64,000 nucleotides of DNA from an uncultured Verrucomicrobiae bacterium. Its GTDB lineage: Bacteria; Verrucomicrobiota; Verrucomicrobiia; Limisphaerales; JAFGQR01. Of this stretch, positions 31,024 to 40,993 are shown piece after piece. The DNA is taken from NCBI GenBank assembly GCA_963788655.1, contig CAWBHS010000011.1, positions 1 through 64,000 of the forward strand, given 5' to 3'. The translations under genes and the position numbers were made by a program. The notes under the pieces are model-generated. The model had not been told where the DNA came from, made no database searches, and worked only from the letters and a program-made list of their open reading frames with translations. Numbering within the stretch: position 1 is the stretch's first letter; each line of letters begins with the position of its first letter.

Positions 31024-31097
31024 AGACTGAACGAAAACCATTCCCGCAATGGCATCTCGCACTTGCCCGAAGATGCTGCGCCCAGTGGGCGCACTGC

Positions 31098-31213
31098 GTC
31101 GGACAGGCGTCCCGCCTGTCTCGAATGGTCGATGCATGTTCAGTGTTTCACCAGCGCGTCATTGCTACCGGGACGGTCCCGGTTATCCAGGACAACCGAG
31201 ACGGCTGTCTTAC
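31098..31213. repeat. 116-bp REP doublet (REPIN-like) between the ABC genes
   Basis: Left arm gtcggacaggcgtcccgcctgtctcg, right arm ggacaaccgagacggctgtcttac. Same family and same total length as 59193-59308. Confidence 0.75.
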
Positions 31214-31261
31214 TGTGTTTGCGTTTTCGTCACTCATTGTGCCATGCGTTCCGAATTAACC

Positions 31262-33064
31262 ATGACCATGCCCCGCCTGCTTCGTTGGGTGATGAAGTAT
31301 GCCGCACGCCGGCGGCTGCCGTTACTGGCGGTCATCGTCACGATGCTGGCGAAGGTGGGACTCGACGTGCTCAAGCCGTGGCCGATGTTGTTCCTCGTTG
31401 ATTACGTCCTCCAAGACAAAGTTCGCCCGGGTTGGGTGCAGTCGCTCATCGACACGCTGCCCGGTTCGCCGACGCCCACGCACCTGATTGGTTGGAGTGT
31501 CGGCGCGATGGGGTTGATCTTTCTGTTGAGCTGGGCCATTGGGTTGACCAACGCCTACTCCGGCATCAGCCTGGGGCAACGCATGGTCTATGATCTGGCG
31601 GCCGATTTGTTCGCGCGGCTGCAACAGCTTTCGCTGCGGTTCCACACCAGCCAGTCGGTGGGCGACAACATCCGCCGGGTGACCGCCGATTGCACCTGTG
31701 TATCGACCATCCTCAAGGATGCGCTGCTGCCGGTCGTTTCTTCAGTGGTCAGCCTGGTGGCCATGTTTTCCATTATGTGGCAACTCAATGCCACCCTGAC
31801 CTTGCTGGCGCTGGGGGTGGTGCCCTACATGATCCTCGTGTTTCGGCACTATGCCCAACCGATGCTGGATCAGAGTTACCAGCAGCAGGAAATCGAAAGC
31901 CGCATTTACGAAACCGTGGAACGAACGTTTTCCGCGATTCCCGCGGTGCAAGCCTTCTCCCGCGAGCCACTCAATGACGAACTCTTTGCCCGCACCACCC
32001 GGGACACGTTGGCCGCCACCCTGTCGCTGACCTATTTGCAATTGCGGTTCAAAATCCTGATCGGCCTGGCTACGGCGGTGGGCACCGCGACGATCTTATG
32101 GTTCGGCACCCGGTATGCGTTGGCCGGCCATTTTACCCTTGGGACAATCCTCCTATTTCTCTCGTACCTCGGTTCGTTGTATGCGCCCATCGAGGGCATC
32201 ATGTACACCACCTCCACGATCCAGGGTGCTGCGGGCAGCGCAAAACGCGTGCTGGAGGTGCTCGAAGTGGACCGCGAAGTTGCGGACCTGCCAGGCGCCG
32301 GGACCTTGCCGTCCGCGCGCGGTGAAGTGCAATTTGAAGATGTCACCTTTGGTTACCATCCCGACAGACCGGTGCTGCGCGGCATCACCCTGCAAGTCAA
32401 TCCAGGCGAAACAGTGGCGTTGGTGGGGGTGACTGGTGCGGGGAAAAGCACCTTGGTCAGTCTCATTCCGCGCTTCTTCGATCCGTGGGAAGGCCGGGTA
32501 AAGCTGGATGGACGGGACGTGCGCGACCTGACTTTGCGCAGCGTGCGCCAGCAGATTGCCCTGGTGTTGCAGGAGCCGTTTCTCTTTCCGCTCTCCGTGG
32601 CCGAGAACATCGCCTATGGCCGGCCTCATGCCACGTTGGCTGACATCGAAGCCGCCGCCCGCGCCGCCCGGGCGCACGAGTTCATCGCGCGCTTGCCGGC
32701 GGGTTATCAGACTGTCGTCGGTGAACGCGGCGGAACTCTGTCGGTTGGCCAGCGGCAACGTCTTTCCATCGCCCGTGCGTTGTTGAAGAACGCGCCGATC
32801 CTGATCCTGGACGAACCCACCAGTGCGCTGGATGCGGAAACCGAGCACCAGTTGATGGAGGCATTGGCGGCGCTCATGCAGCAGCGCACGACCTTCATCA
32901 TTGCCCATCGCCTGTCCACCGTCCGGCGCGCCACCCGCATCTTGTTCTTAAAAGAAGGCGTGGTCGCCGAGTCCGGCACGCACGACGAATTACTGGCGCG
33001 GCGTGGTCTGTATGCCGCGTTCTGCGATCTGCAATTTGGACGGAAGCAACCGGCGGAGCCATGA
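31262..33064 (+). CDS. ABC exporter, fused permease/ATP-binding subunit (paralog of the upstream gene)
   Basis: TMD, GVTGAGKST, degenerate signature LSVGQRQR, ILILDEPT and IAHRLST. Confidence 0.95.
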   Translation: MTMPRLLRWVMKYAARRRLPLLAVIVTMLAKVGLDVLKPWPMLFLVDYVLQDKVRPGWVQSLIDTLPGSPTPTHLIGWSVGAMGLIFLLSWAIGLTNAYSGISLGQRMVYDLAADLFARLQQLSLRFHTSQSVGDNIRRVTADCTCVSTILKDALLPVVSSVVSLVAMFSIMWQLNATLTLLALGVVPYMILVFRHYAQPMLDQSYQQQEIESRIYETVERTFSAIPAVQAFSREPLNDELFARTTRDTLAATLSLTYLQLRFKILIGLATAVGTATILWFGTRYALAGHFTLGTILLFLSYLGSLYAPIEGIMYTTSTIQGAAGSAKRVLEVLEVDREVADLPGAGTLPSARGEVQFEDVTFGYHPDRPVLRGITLQVNPGETVALVGVTGAGKSTLVSLIPRFFDPWEGRVKLDGRDVRDLTLRSVRQQIALVLQEPFLFPLSVAENIAYGRPHATLADIEAAARAARAHEFIARLPAGYQTVVGERGGTLSVGQRQRLSIARALLKNAPILILDEPTSALDAETEHQLMEALAALMQQRTTFIIAHRLSTVRRATRILFLKEGVVAESGTHDELLARRGLYAAFCDLQFGRKQPAEP

Positions 33065-33186
33065 ATGGTGCCAGGTGGATAGAGAACGGATTGCACCCGT
33101 CGCTGCTGCCTGCGCACTCGCAAACAAGACACTCAAGCCAGGTTTTACCGGTTTCAACTCTTCACCCCTGGAACCAATCACTCCCG

Positions 33187-34260
33187 TCACCCGTTCACCG
33201 TCCCCGCCACCACTTGCCAACGCTGGCAATCCGCTCCCAATTCCCGGGGCCAGTTCTCCTCGGTGCAGGTCATGAACACCTGGCCGCGGGTCTGTTGCGC
33301 GCGATCCAGCAAGGGCAAGAGGCCGCTGCGACGTTTGATATCCAACTCGCCCATCACGTCATCAATCAGCAGGATGGGCGCGGAGCCGTGCAGGCCGGTC
33401 AGGTATTCGGCCTGGGCCATTTTAAGCGCGATGGCCAACGTCCGTTTCTGGCCTTCGCTGCCGAACTGCGCGGCGGAACGCTCGTCGAGTTGCAACAGCA
33501 GGTCATCGCGATGCGGCCCGATGATCGTCGAGCGGTAGCTGCGCTCGCGCGTCCGTGACTGGGCCAGTTCGATGGTAAAATCCTGTTTGACGCTGGGCTG
33601 GTATTCGAGGCGCAGTTCCTCCGCGTCATGGGAAATACGCCGATACGCCAGGCGCGCCAGCGGCGAAACGCGCGGAATCAACTCGCGCCGCAAACGAATG
33701 ATCGTCTCCCCCAACTTCACCAGTTCCCTGGAGAAACTATCCAAAGCCGCTTCATCGACGGTCCTCTGCTTGAGCAGCGCGTTGCGGGAACGAAGCGCCC
33801 GGGCGTAACGCTGCAGCGTGGGCAGGTAATGGGCGTGCGTCTGCGAAAGCAGCAAGTCCAGAAACCGCCGGCGACTGCGACCCGTGCCCTTGACCAATTG
33901 CAGGTCTTCGGTGCAGAAAACCACCGTGCGCAACACGCCCAGGTAATCGGTCAATTTGCGAACCGGCTGGCCGTCGAGGCCAAGCCGGCGCTCGCGACTG
34001 GACCAATACATTTTGATGTCATGCTCTCCCTGCCCCACCGCGGTGCCGCCAACGAAATAGCCCGTCTGCCCATGGCGCACCATCTGCGCGCTGCCCACAC
34101 CGCGGAACGAACGTAAGGTGGCCATCAGATAAATGGCCTCCAGAATGTTGGTCTTGCCCTGGGCATTGTCGCCGAGCAGCAGATGGAAACCCGGCGCAAA
34201 ATCCACGTCCAATCGCGCGTAATTGCGGAAGTCGCGAAGTCTTAAATGCGCCAGATGCAT
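33187..34260 (-). CDS. recF: DNA replication/repair protein RecF
   Basis: LRDFRNY, GDNAQGKTNILEAI, RRRFLD, GPHRDDL, GSEGQKRT and LLIDDVMGELD. Confidence 0.97.
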   Translation of the reverse strand: MHLAHLRLRDFRNYARLDVDFAPGFHLLLGDNAQGKTNILEAIYLMATLRSFRGVGSAQMVRHGQTGYFVGGTAVGQGEHDIKMYWSSRERRLGLDGQPVRKLTDYLGVLRTVVFCTEDLQLVKGTGRSRRRFLDLLLSQTHAHYLPTLQRYARALRSRNALLKQRTVDEAALDSFSRELVKLGETIIRLRRELIPRVSPLARLAYRRISHDAEELRLEYQPSVKQDFTIELAQSRTRERSYRSTIIGPHRDDLLLQLDERSAAQFGSEGQKRTLAIALKMAQAEYLTGLHGSAPILLIDDVMGELDIKRRSGLLPLLDRAQQTRGQVFMTCTEENWPRELGADCQRWQVVAGTVNG

Positions 34261-34377
34261 GCCACGGGGTCTGTCAATCGCCTCGTGCTAGGTGCAAATT
34301 CGCTCGCCGCCGCTGACCTCATTGATGCCCTAACTGGCATGTCACGAATCCTGTGGCGCTGCGCCGAGTGGTCAGTA

Positions 34378-35019
34378 TCACGGACCGACTCCTTCGCTTT
34401 CCGGGTACCCGGCAACGACAAATTTGCGGATCACGTCCAGTTCCGCATCGCCGGCGATGGTGTGTTCCTTTTGAAACTCATGCCACTCGACTTGCAGGCC
34501 TGACGCTTGCAACCGCTTGACTTGTTGCTGCGTGCCTTCGAACGGGAGCAAGGGATCATAAGTGCCGTGCGTTATCAGCACCCGTTGTTGCCGCGCCATC
34601 GGGGAAAGTTCGCCCAACAGACGGTCCAGGTTATGAATGTATCCGCTGATCCCGATCAATCCCGCCAACAACTGCGGATAGCGCAGGCCCGTTTCCATCG
34701 TCATGAGACAGCCTTGCGAGAAGCCGAACAGCATCGTTTGCTCCGTAGGGAAGCCCTGCTCCCGTTGTTGGTCGAGCACGGCCACCAGCAACTCGCGGCT
34801 GCGCGCGATGCCGGCGTCGGCGTCGCCCATGAAATCGTACCAGGAGTAACCGCCAAAGTATTCATCGGGCGCGTTGACCAGCAAGTAATTCATCCACGGC
34901 AACCGCAGGGCCGACGGCATCCAATAGTAGCCGGCGGTGCTGTCGCCCAAACCATGAAGCACCACCATCAGCCGCCGCGAAGCTTTTTCCTCGGCCGCAA
35001 AAAATTCCGTTTTCAACAT
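34378..35019 (-). CDS. Phospholipase/carboxylesterase-family alpha/beta hydrolase
   Basis: LHGLGDS, GFSQG nucleophile elbow, HGTYDP and KEHTI. Confidence 0.9.
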   Translation of the reverse strand: MLKTEFFAAEEKASRRLMVVLHGLGDSTAGYYWMPSALRLPWMNYLLVNAPDEYFGGYSWYDFMGDADAGIARSRELLVAVLDQQREQGFPTEQTMLFGFSQGCLMTMETGLRYPQLLAGLIGISGYIHNLDRLLGELSPMARQQRVLITHGTYDPLLPFEGTQQQVKRLQASGLQVEWHEFQKEHTIAGDAELDVIRKFVVAGYPESEGVGP

Positions 35020-35219
35020 GGCGCCGATGGAAACGGAAATGCCGCCGGACGGCAAGTCCGGGAAATGTCAGGTCACGGCTTGCGATCGCCCATTGCTCAC
35101 CAACTCCGCTACCATATCCCAGCAATCGCAACTCAGGATCGGACGCACGGCGTTGTAAAGGAGCACGGCGTAATCGCTCGCCCGTGGAACATCGGGTAGA
35201 GTTCCTTGAGGGGACCAGG

Positions 35220-35687
35220 TTAGCCAAAGCATTGCGAACGCCGCACGGCCTCCTGTTCCAATGGGCCGTGCGGATACCCCGGCGGCAAAATGCATTCCCT
35301 CAAATAGGCCGACATAAATGGGCCGACGCCACCCAGCCGTTCATATTGCAGGGTGTGGACGAGTTCATGCGCGACCAGGCGGCGATCAGCCAGGCAATCG
35401 GCCCGGATGAAAATACCATAGCGCACCGTCAGGCCAATTGTGTTTTCCGTGAGCAACCGCGCGGCCAGCGCCGCAGTCCGTAGTTCCGGATGTTTCGGCA
35501 ACGGAATCCGCGGTACGGTGAGCAACCGCACATCCTGCGGCGACGCAACCCCAATTTGGCGGGCATCGGCGATTTGCGAGGCGGACAGCGCTTTGCCCGT
35601 TTCAAGGATGCGTTCCTCCTGCTCCTCCGCCCAAGTGACTGCCAGCGGAAGCAGTTGCTCCAGCAGTTCCGGTCGGACCAGGTTCAT
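35220..35687 (-). CDS. HEXXH zincin-like hypothetical protein (DUF4157-like)
   Basis: GLTVRYGIFI...AHELVHTLQYERLGG...PLEQEA. Confidence 0.75.
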   Translation of the reverse strand: MNLVRPELLEQLLPLAVTWAEEQEERILETGKALSASQIADARQIGVASPQDVRLLTVPRIPLPKHPELRTAALAARLLTENTIGLTVRYGIFIRADCLADRRLVAHELVHTLQYERLGGVGPFMSAYLRECILPPGYPHGPLEQEAVRRSQCFG

Positions 35688-35692
35688 CCCGG

Positions 35693-36967
35693 TCAGATCG
35701 TCGGTTCCCAGCCGGGACGATACTCCCGCCGCCACAGGGCCGCCGCTTCGTCGTCGCCGACAATCTTGCGCGTGGCCGGATCAAAATGAATCGTGTGACC
35801 AACGCGGTAAGCAATGTTGCCCAGGTGGCACATCAGGGTGCTTTTCTGGCCTTCCTCAATCTCCGAGTGCAGTGCCTGGCCAGAGCGGATGGCTTCGATG
35901 AAATTTTGAATGTGACTCACGTCGCCGGCGGGGCCGTTGCCGGAATCGATTTCCTTGCCCTTCTCATCGTAAATCTTATAGCCCCCACCGCTCTGCGCCA
36001 TGGAGCCGCCTTCACCGTAAAACGCGGCGAACGGCAGGTTCTCATTCCGCCGCGGATGGCAACTGCTCTGGTCCCAGGCGGCACCTTGGGCACCAAAATC
36101 ATAAACCGCCACGGCCGTGTCGGGCGATTCCTGGTCGTCGTCGTAGTGGTAACGGCCGCCATTGTAAGTCACGCGGGTGGGATATTCGACGCCCAATCCC
36201 CAGCGCACTAAATCCAGGGCGTGAACGCCGTTGTTGGCCATTTCGCCGCCGCCCCAATGCCAGCGCCAGTGCCAGTTGTAATGCACCAGATTGTCCACGT
36301 ACGGCCGCTCCGGCACCGGACCCTGCCACAGCGAATAATCGAGATACGACGGCACCGGCACCCGTTTGCCTTTGCCAATGGAACCGCGCGCGTTGTTGTA
36401 CCAGCAGCGGGCAAAGAGCACCTTGCCGATGGCGCCTTCCTTGACCTTTTGGATGCCCTCGACCACACCGGGCCAAGTGCGGCGCTGGTTGCCCATTTGG
36501 ACATGCCGTTGATATTTTCGGGCGGCGGCGACCATGAGTTCGCCTTCGCGGGCATTGTGGCTGCCGGGCTTTTCCACATAGACGTGCTTACCAGCTTTGC
36601 AGGCCAGGATCGTCGCCGGGGCGTGCCAGAAATTCGGCGTGGCGATGTGCAGCCCATCGACGGCGGGATCATCGAGAATCCGGCGAAAGTCTTTGACGGC
36701 GTTGACGGGACGTTTCTGTTTCTCGGCCACCGTCTTGGCGGCGCGTTCGAGGCGATTGCTGTCCACGTCGCACACGTAGGCAATTTCGGCGTTGGGAATT
36801 TGCAGCAAGGCACGGACATGATCGTAACCGCGCCCGAGCCCCATCACGCCGACAATCACTTTCTTGGCCGGCGATTCCGCGGCGCGCATATACGGTGCAA
36901 CCGTCAACCCGGCGCCCAGCCAGGCGGATTGTTTCAGAAACGAACGGCGCGGGATGGAGGTGTTCAT
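35693..36967 (-). CDS. Tat-exported Gfo/Idh/MocA oxidoreductase
   Basis: PRRSFLK, ATPNFWH, VYVEKP, QMGNQRR, NNGVHALD, HLGNIAY and REYRPGW. An alternative ATG lies at 37000. Confidence 0.93.
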   Translation of the reverse strand: MNTSIPRRSFLKQSAWLGAGLTVAPYMRAAESPAKKVIVGVMGLGRGYDHVRALLQIPNAEIAYVCDVDSNRLERAAKTVAEKQKRPVNAVKDFRRILDDPAVDGLHIATPNFWHAPATILACKAGKHVYVEKPGSHNAREGELMVAAARKYQRHVQMGNQRRTWPGVVEGIQKVKEGAIGKVLFARCWYNNARGSIGKGKRVPVPSYLDYSLWQGPVPERPYVDNLVHYNWHWRWHWGGGEMANNGVHALDLVRWGLGVEYPTRVTYNGGRYHYDDDQESPDTAVAVYDFGAQGAAWDQSSCHPRRNENLPFAAFYGEGGSMAQSGGGYKIYDEKGKEIDSGNGPAGDVSHIQNFIEAIRSGQALHSEIEEGQKSTLMCHLGNIAYRVGHTIHFDPATRKIVGDDEAAALWRREYRPGWEPTI

Positions 36968-37083
36968 GGATGGCAATTGGTTGGATGTTTTCGCAGTCAT
37001 GGTTCGATAGAATCATTTGACGCCCTTTCCGGCAAGTCATTCAACACTTGCCAAAAACCGGGCGACGGCGTTCATACTGGCAC

Positions 37084-38064
37084 ATGAAACCAACATTGCT
37101 TCGCCGTTTGTTTTTGTGGCTTGGACTCACTGCCTTCACCTGCAACCTGCCGGCCGCGGATCTGCGTCTTGGCATGATCGGCTTGGACACTTCGCACGTC
37201 ATCGCGTTTACCCGGTTGCTCAACGATCCTCAGCAAAAGAATCACGTGCCCGGCGGCAAGGTGGTGGTGGCGTTCAAGGGCGGCAGTCCGGACGTGGAAT
37301 CGAGCGCCAGCCGCGTGGACGGTTACACGCGCCAACTGCAAAACGATTTCGGCGTCAAAATCGTGCCCACCATCGAAGAACTTTGTCAGCAGGTGGATGC
37401 CGTGTTGATCGAAAGTGTCGATGGCCGCCCGCATCTGGCGCAGGCGCGACCGGTGATCCAAGCGGGCAAACCCCTGTTTATTGACAAGCCGGTGGCGGGT
37501 TCGCTGCACGACGCCGTCGAGATTTACCGGTTGGCAAAGGAACGGAACGTCCCGGTGTTCAGTTCATCGTCGTACCGGTTTTATGACAGCCTCCAGAAGG
37601 TGAAGCACACTGACGTGGGCAGTATTCGCGCAGTGATTTCCTACGGCCCTGCGCACCTCGAACCGCATCATCCGGACTTGTTTTGGTACGGCGTGCATCC
37701 CACCGAAGCGTTGTTCACGATTATGGGCTCGGGTTGCGAAACGGTCGTCCGCACCGCCACGCCCAACACCGATGTGGTGACCGGCACCTGGTCCGGCGGA
37801 CGCGTGGGCACCCTCATCGGACTGCGGGGCGGCCCTTCGCCTCACAAGGTAACCGTGTTCGGCACCAAAGGCGTGGCCGAACAACAAGGCAGCGGCGACT
37901 ACGCCCCCTTGGTGCGTGAGATCGTTAAATTCTTCCAGACGCGGGTCGCCCCGGTGTCGCCGCAGGAAACGCTGGAGATTTTTGCCTTCATGGAAGGTGC
38001 CAACGTCAGCAAACGCCAGGAAGGAAAACCGGTAAACATCAAAGAACTCCTCGAAGAGAACTAA
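37084..38064 (+). CDS. Secreted Gfo/Idh/MocA oxidoreductase
   Basis: Signal peptide, GMIGLDTSH, ESVDGRPH, FIDKP and WYGVH. Confidence 0.9.
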   Translation: MKPTLLRRLFLWLGLTAFTCNLPAADLRLGMIGLDTSHVIAFTRLLNDPQQKNHVPGGKVVVAFKGGSPDVESSASRVDGYTRQLQNDFGVKIVPTIEELCQQVDAVLIESVDGRPHLAQARPVIQAGKPLFIDKPVAGSLHDAVEIYRLAKERNVPVFSSSSYRFYDSLQKVKHTDVGSIRAVISYGPAHLEPHHPDLFWYGVHPTEALFTIMGSGCETVVRTATPNTDVVTGTWSGGRVGTLIGLRGGPSPHKVTVFGTKGVAEQQGSGDYAPLVREIVKFFQTRVAPVSPQETLEIFAFMEGANVSKRQEGKPVNIKELLEEN

Positions 38065-38076
38065 GCAATAATTGAC

Positions 38077-39411
38077 ATGAAAAAACACACGCAAACGCGA
38101 CGCCAATTCCTGATTTCCACGGCAGCCCTGGCCGGAGCCACTGCCCCGGCTTTTTGGATGGCCACCAACCTGCGCAGCGCCGAAGCAAAAAACGACAAAC
38201 TGAACGTGGCCTCCATCGGTGTCGGCGGCCGCGGTTCGGGCATTGGCCACAATGCTGGTCAGTTGGGCAACATGGTGGCTTGCTGCGACGTGGACCGCAC
38301 GCATGCCGAGAAGTTCGCCTCCCGGTATGGCGGCAAGTGCGAGACCTACGGCGATTACCGAAAGCTGCTGGAGCGAAAAGACGTGGATGCCGTCACCATC
38401 GGCACGCCGGACCATTGGCACGTGGCCATCGCGATTACCGCGCTGCGATCCGGACGCGACGTGTACTGCGAGAAACCGCTCACGCTGACGATTGATGAGG
38501 GCAAACGGATTTGCCAGGTGGTCAAAGAAACGGGCCGGGTCTTCCAGGTGGGCACCCAGCAACGCAGCGATAAACGCTTCCTGACGGCCGTGGCCCTGGC
38601 GCGCAGCGGACGTTTGGGCAAAACGTTGACGGCGACCTGCTCGATTGGCGGCGGTCCGCGGGGCGGCCCGTTCCCCACCAGCGCCCCACCCGCCAGCTTG
38701 GACTGGGATTTTTGGCTGGGCCAGGCGCCCAAGGTGGAATACACCCGCGAGCGCTGTCACGGCAGCTTCCGTTGGTGGCTGGAATATTCCGGCGGTAAAC
38801 TGACCGACTGGGGCGCGCACCACGTGGATATCGCCCAATGGGGATTGGGCTACGATAAATCCGGCCCCATTGAAATGGAAGGCGAAGGCGACTTCCCCAA
38901 CCTTCCGGACAACTTCGATCCGGTCGCCTTCTTTGCCGGGAAACAAAAGCTGGCCAACGGTTACAACACGGCGACCAAGTTCAAGATCACACTGACCTTC
39001 GAAAACGGCTCAAAGATCATTGTGCGCGACGGCCCGGGCAATGGCGTTTGGTTCGACGGCGACCAGGGCAATATATTTGTCAACCGCAGTAAGATTACCG
39101 GGAAACCAGTGGAAGCATTTCCCGACGCCGACCGCGACTGGTTGAACGGAGAGATCGACCGACTCTACAAAGGCATGCCCCGCCACGGGCACATGGGGAA
39201 TTTTTTCGAGTGCGTGAAAACCCGGCGCGAACCGGTATCCGACGTGTATTCCCATCACCGGGAATTGTCTTCCTGCCATCTCTGCAACCTGGCCATGCTG
39301 CTAAAACGCAAACTGCGTTGGGATCCCCGGCAGGAAGTGTTTGTTGGCGACGAACAAGCCAACGCGTTGTTGCGCCGGCCGCGGCGGAAAGGGTACGAAC
39401 TGCCGGCGTGA
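38077..39411 (+). CDS. Tat-exported Gfo/Idh/MocA oxidoreductase
   Basis: TRRQFL, IGVGGRG, GTPDHWH, YCEKP, QVGTQQRS and TDWGAHHVD. Confidence 0.93.
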   Translation: MKKHTQTRRQFLISTAALAGATAPAFWMATNLRSAEAKNDKLNVASIGVGGRGSGIGHNAGQLGNMVACCDVDRTHAEKFASRYGGKCETYGDYRKLLERKDVDAVTIGTPDHWHVAIAITALRSGRDVYCEKPLTLTIDEGKRICQVVKETGRVFQVGTQQRSDKRFLTAVALARSGRLGKTLTATCSIGGGPRGGPFPTSAPPASLDWDFWLGQAPKVEYTRERCHGSFRWWLEYSGGKLTDWGAHHVDIAQWGLGYDKSGPIEMEGEGDFPNLPDNFDPVAFFAGKQKLANGYNTATKFKITLTFENGSKIIVRDGPGNGVWFDGDQGNIFVNRSKITGKPVEAFPDADRDWLNGEIDRLYKGMPRHGHMGNFFECVKTRREPVSDVYSHHRELSSCHLCNLAMLLKRKLRWDPRQEVFVGDEQANALLRRPRRKGYELPA

Positions 39412-39767
39412 GGGTGTTCTGGAAAGCTGACCATTCGCTTGAATGGTGAGTCCATCCCGCGGGGTTGCCCAGGGACACAATAGGCGATGCCAAAGTTTCG
39501 GGGCAGAGTTCTCGTTGAGGCTGGTTTCAGGAGGGGCGCGTATAAGCTCACGGAGCACCGCCTGAAACGGTGACCTTCGAGAATTGCCAAGTAGTTGAGT
39601 CACGCTAGGCTGTGTCGCATGACACGACTTGGCTTGTTGAACCGCGGGGCGTCCCTCACAGGATGGAGTCGGGAGAGATTTGAGCCGCTTGAGGAGAGGC
39701 TTTCACGCACGGTTCTTGGGTGGGAGGGGCGGGCTAACCGCCTGCACCTGCCCGGGGCAGAAAGCTT

Positions 39768-40658
39768 ATGAACATCACCATAACAGGAGCGACTGGCCTG
39801 CTAGGAAGCCATTTGGTAAATGAACTGACACGTTATCACGTTGACGTTCAGGCATTGAGACGCTTGGGAACGCAACCCAGAATCCGACTGGAGCGAGAGC
39901 CTGTTTGGATCGATGGCGAATTGGACGACCTCACGGAGGCGAGCCTTAAGGCGACTGACTGCCTCTTTCATTTGGCGGCTCACGGGGTTGACCCGGCTAC
40001 CGCAAATTGGGAGGACGCCTTTCGGGTTAACGTCACCGACAGTCTCGGTCTGTGGTTAAGGGCCGCAAACGCGGGAGTGAGGAACTTCCTTATTTGTGGC
40101 TCTTGCTTTGAGTATGGATCGGCAGGTGAACAGTACGAGTTTATTCCGCCTGACGCGCCCCTGTGCCCGACCGGTCCATATCATGCATCAAAGGCTGCCG
40201 CGACCATGGCCGCCTCCGCGCTGGCCCACAGCGAGAACGTCAAGGTCTGGGTGCTTAGGCCCTTTCACATCTTTGGTGATGGCGAGTCGGCAAATCGTCT
40301 TTACCCACAGATTTTACAGGCGGCGCGCACTGGCAATGATCTTGATTTAACCGAAGGGAATCAGATTCGAGACTTCATGCACGTTCAGGACACAGCGCGT
40401 CTGCTTCACGGATATAGTCTGCTACTGCGGGAAGTAACTCAGACAAATTACTTCCGGGTATCAAACTTGGGGACGGGGTATCCCTGTTCGCTTCGGGAAT
40501 TTGCGGAAAAGATATGGTCGCAACAGGGCGGCACGGGAAGACTGAATTTTGGAGCCTTACCTTATCGTCAAGATGAGGTCATGCGCTATGTTCCGCAAAT
40601 AGACAAAGCCGAACAAAGTGCGGCAATCAATGCGCTGTCACGCGTGGCTGAAATTTGA
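39768..40658 (+). CDS. NAD-dependent epimerase/dehydratase (extended SDR, nucleotide-sugar enzyme)
   Basis: TGATGLLG, HLAA, GSCFEYG, YHASK (YxxxK), LRPFHIFG and QIRDFMHV. Confidence 0.92.
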   Translation: MNITITGATGLLGSHLVNELTRYHVDVQALRRLGTQPRIRLEREPVWIDGELDDLTEASLKATDCLFHLAAHGVDPATANWEDAFRVNVTDSLGLWLRAANAGVRNFLICGSCFEYGSAGEQYEFIPPDAPLCPTGPYHASKAAATMAASALAHSENVKVWVLRPFHIFGDGESANRLYPQILQAARTGNDLDLTEGNQIRDFMHVQDTARLLHGYSLLLREVTQTNYFRVSNLGTGYPCSLREFAEKIWSQQGGTGRLNFGALPYRQDEVMRYVPQIDKAEQSAAINALSRVAEI

Positions 40659-40993
40659 CGTGCGGCAGAAGGTTGCCAATTCCAAAATGCGATCCAGTTG
40701 AGACTGCGCTTGTCTGCCGGGCGGCTGCCTTCGTTGCCCGTCAGTTGGAGATTACCGCGGATATGCGCCTTCCTCACGCCTCGGCCGTCATCCGGCATCC
40801 GGCGCGCCTTCACCTCGACTTGCCCCTCAGCGGCGCAGCGATGCCCGCTACGGGAAACTGCGCTTCTCGGTAAGTAACCACCCAAGGCCATCACCGTTAC
40901 AGTCGGCATTTCAGACGGATTTTTAGTTTTCCAAATCCGCCCGGCACGGGTTGAATCATTACATTGCGAATTGCACAAACTGTTCAACACACT

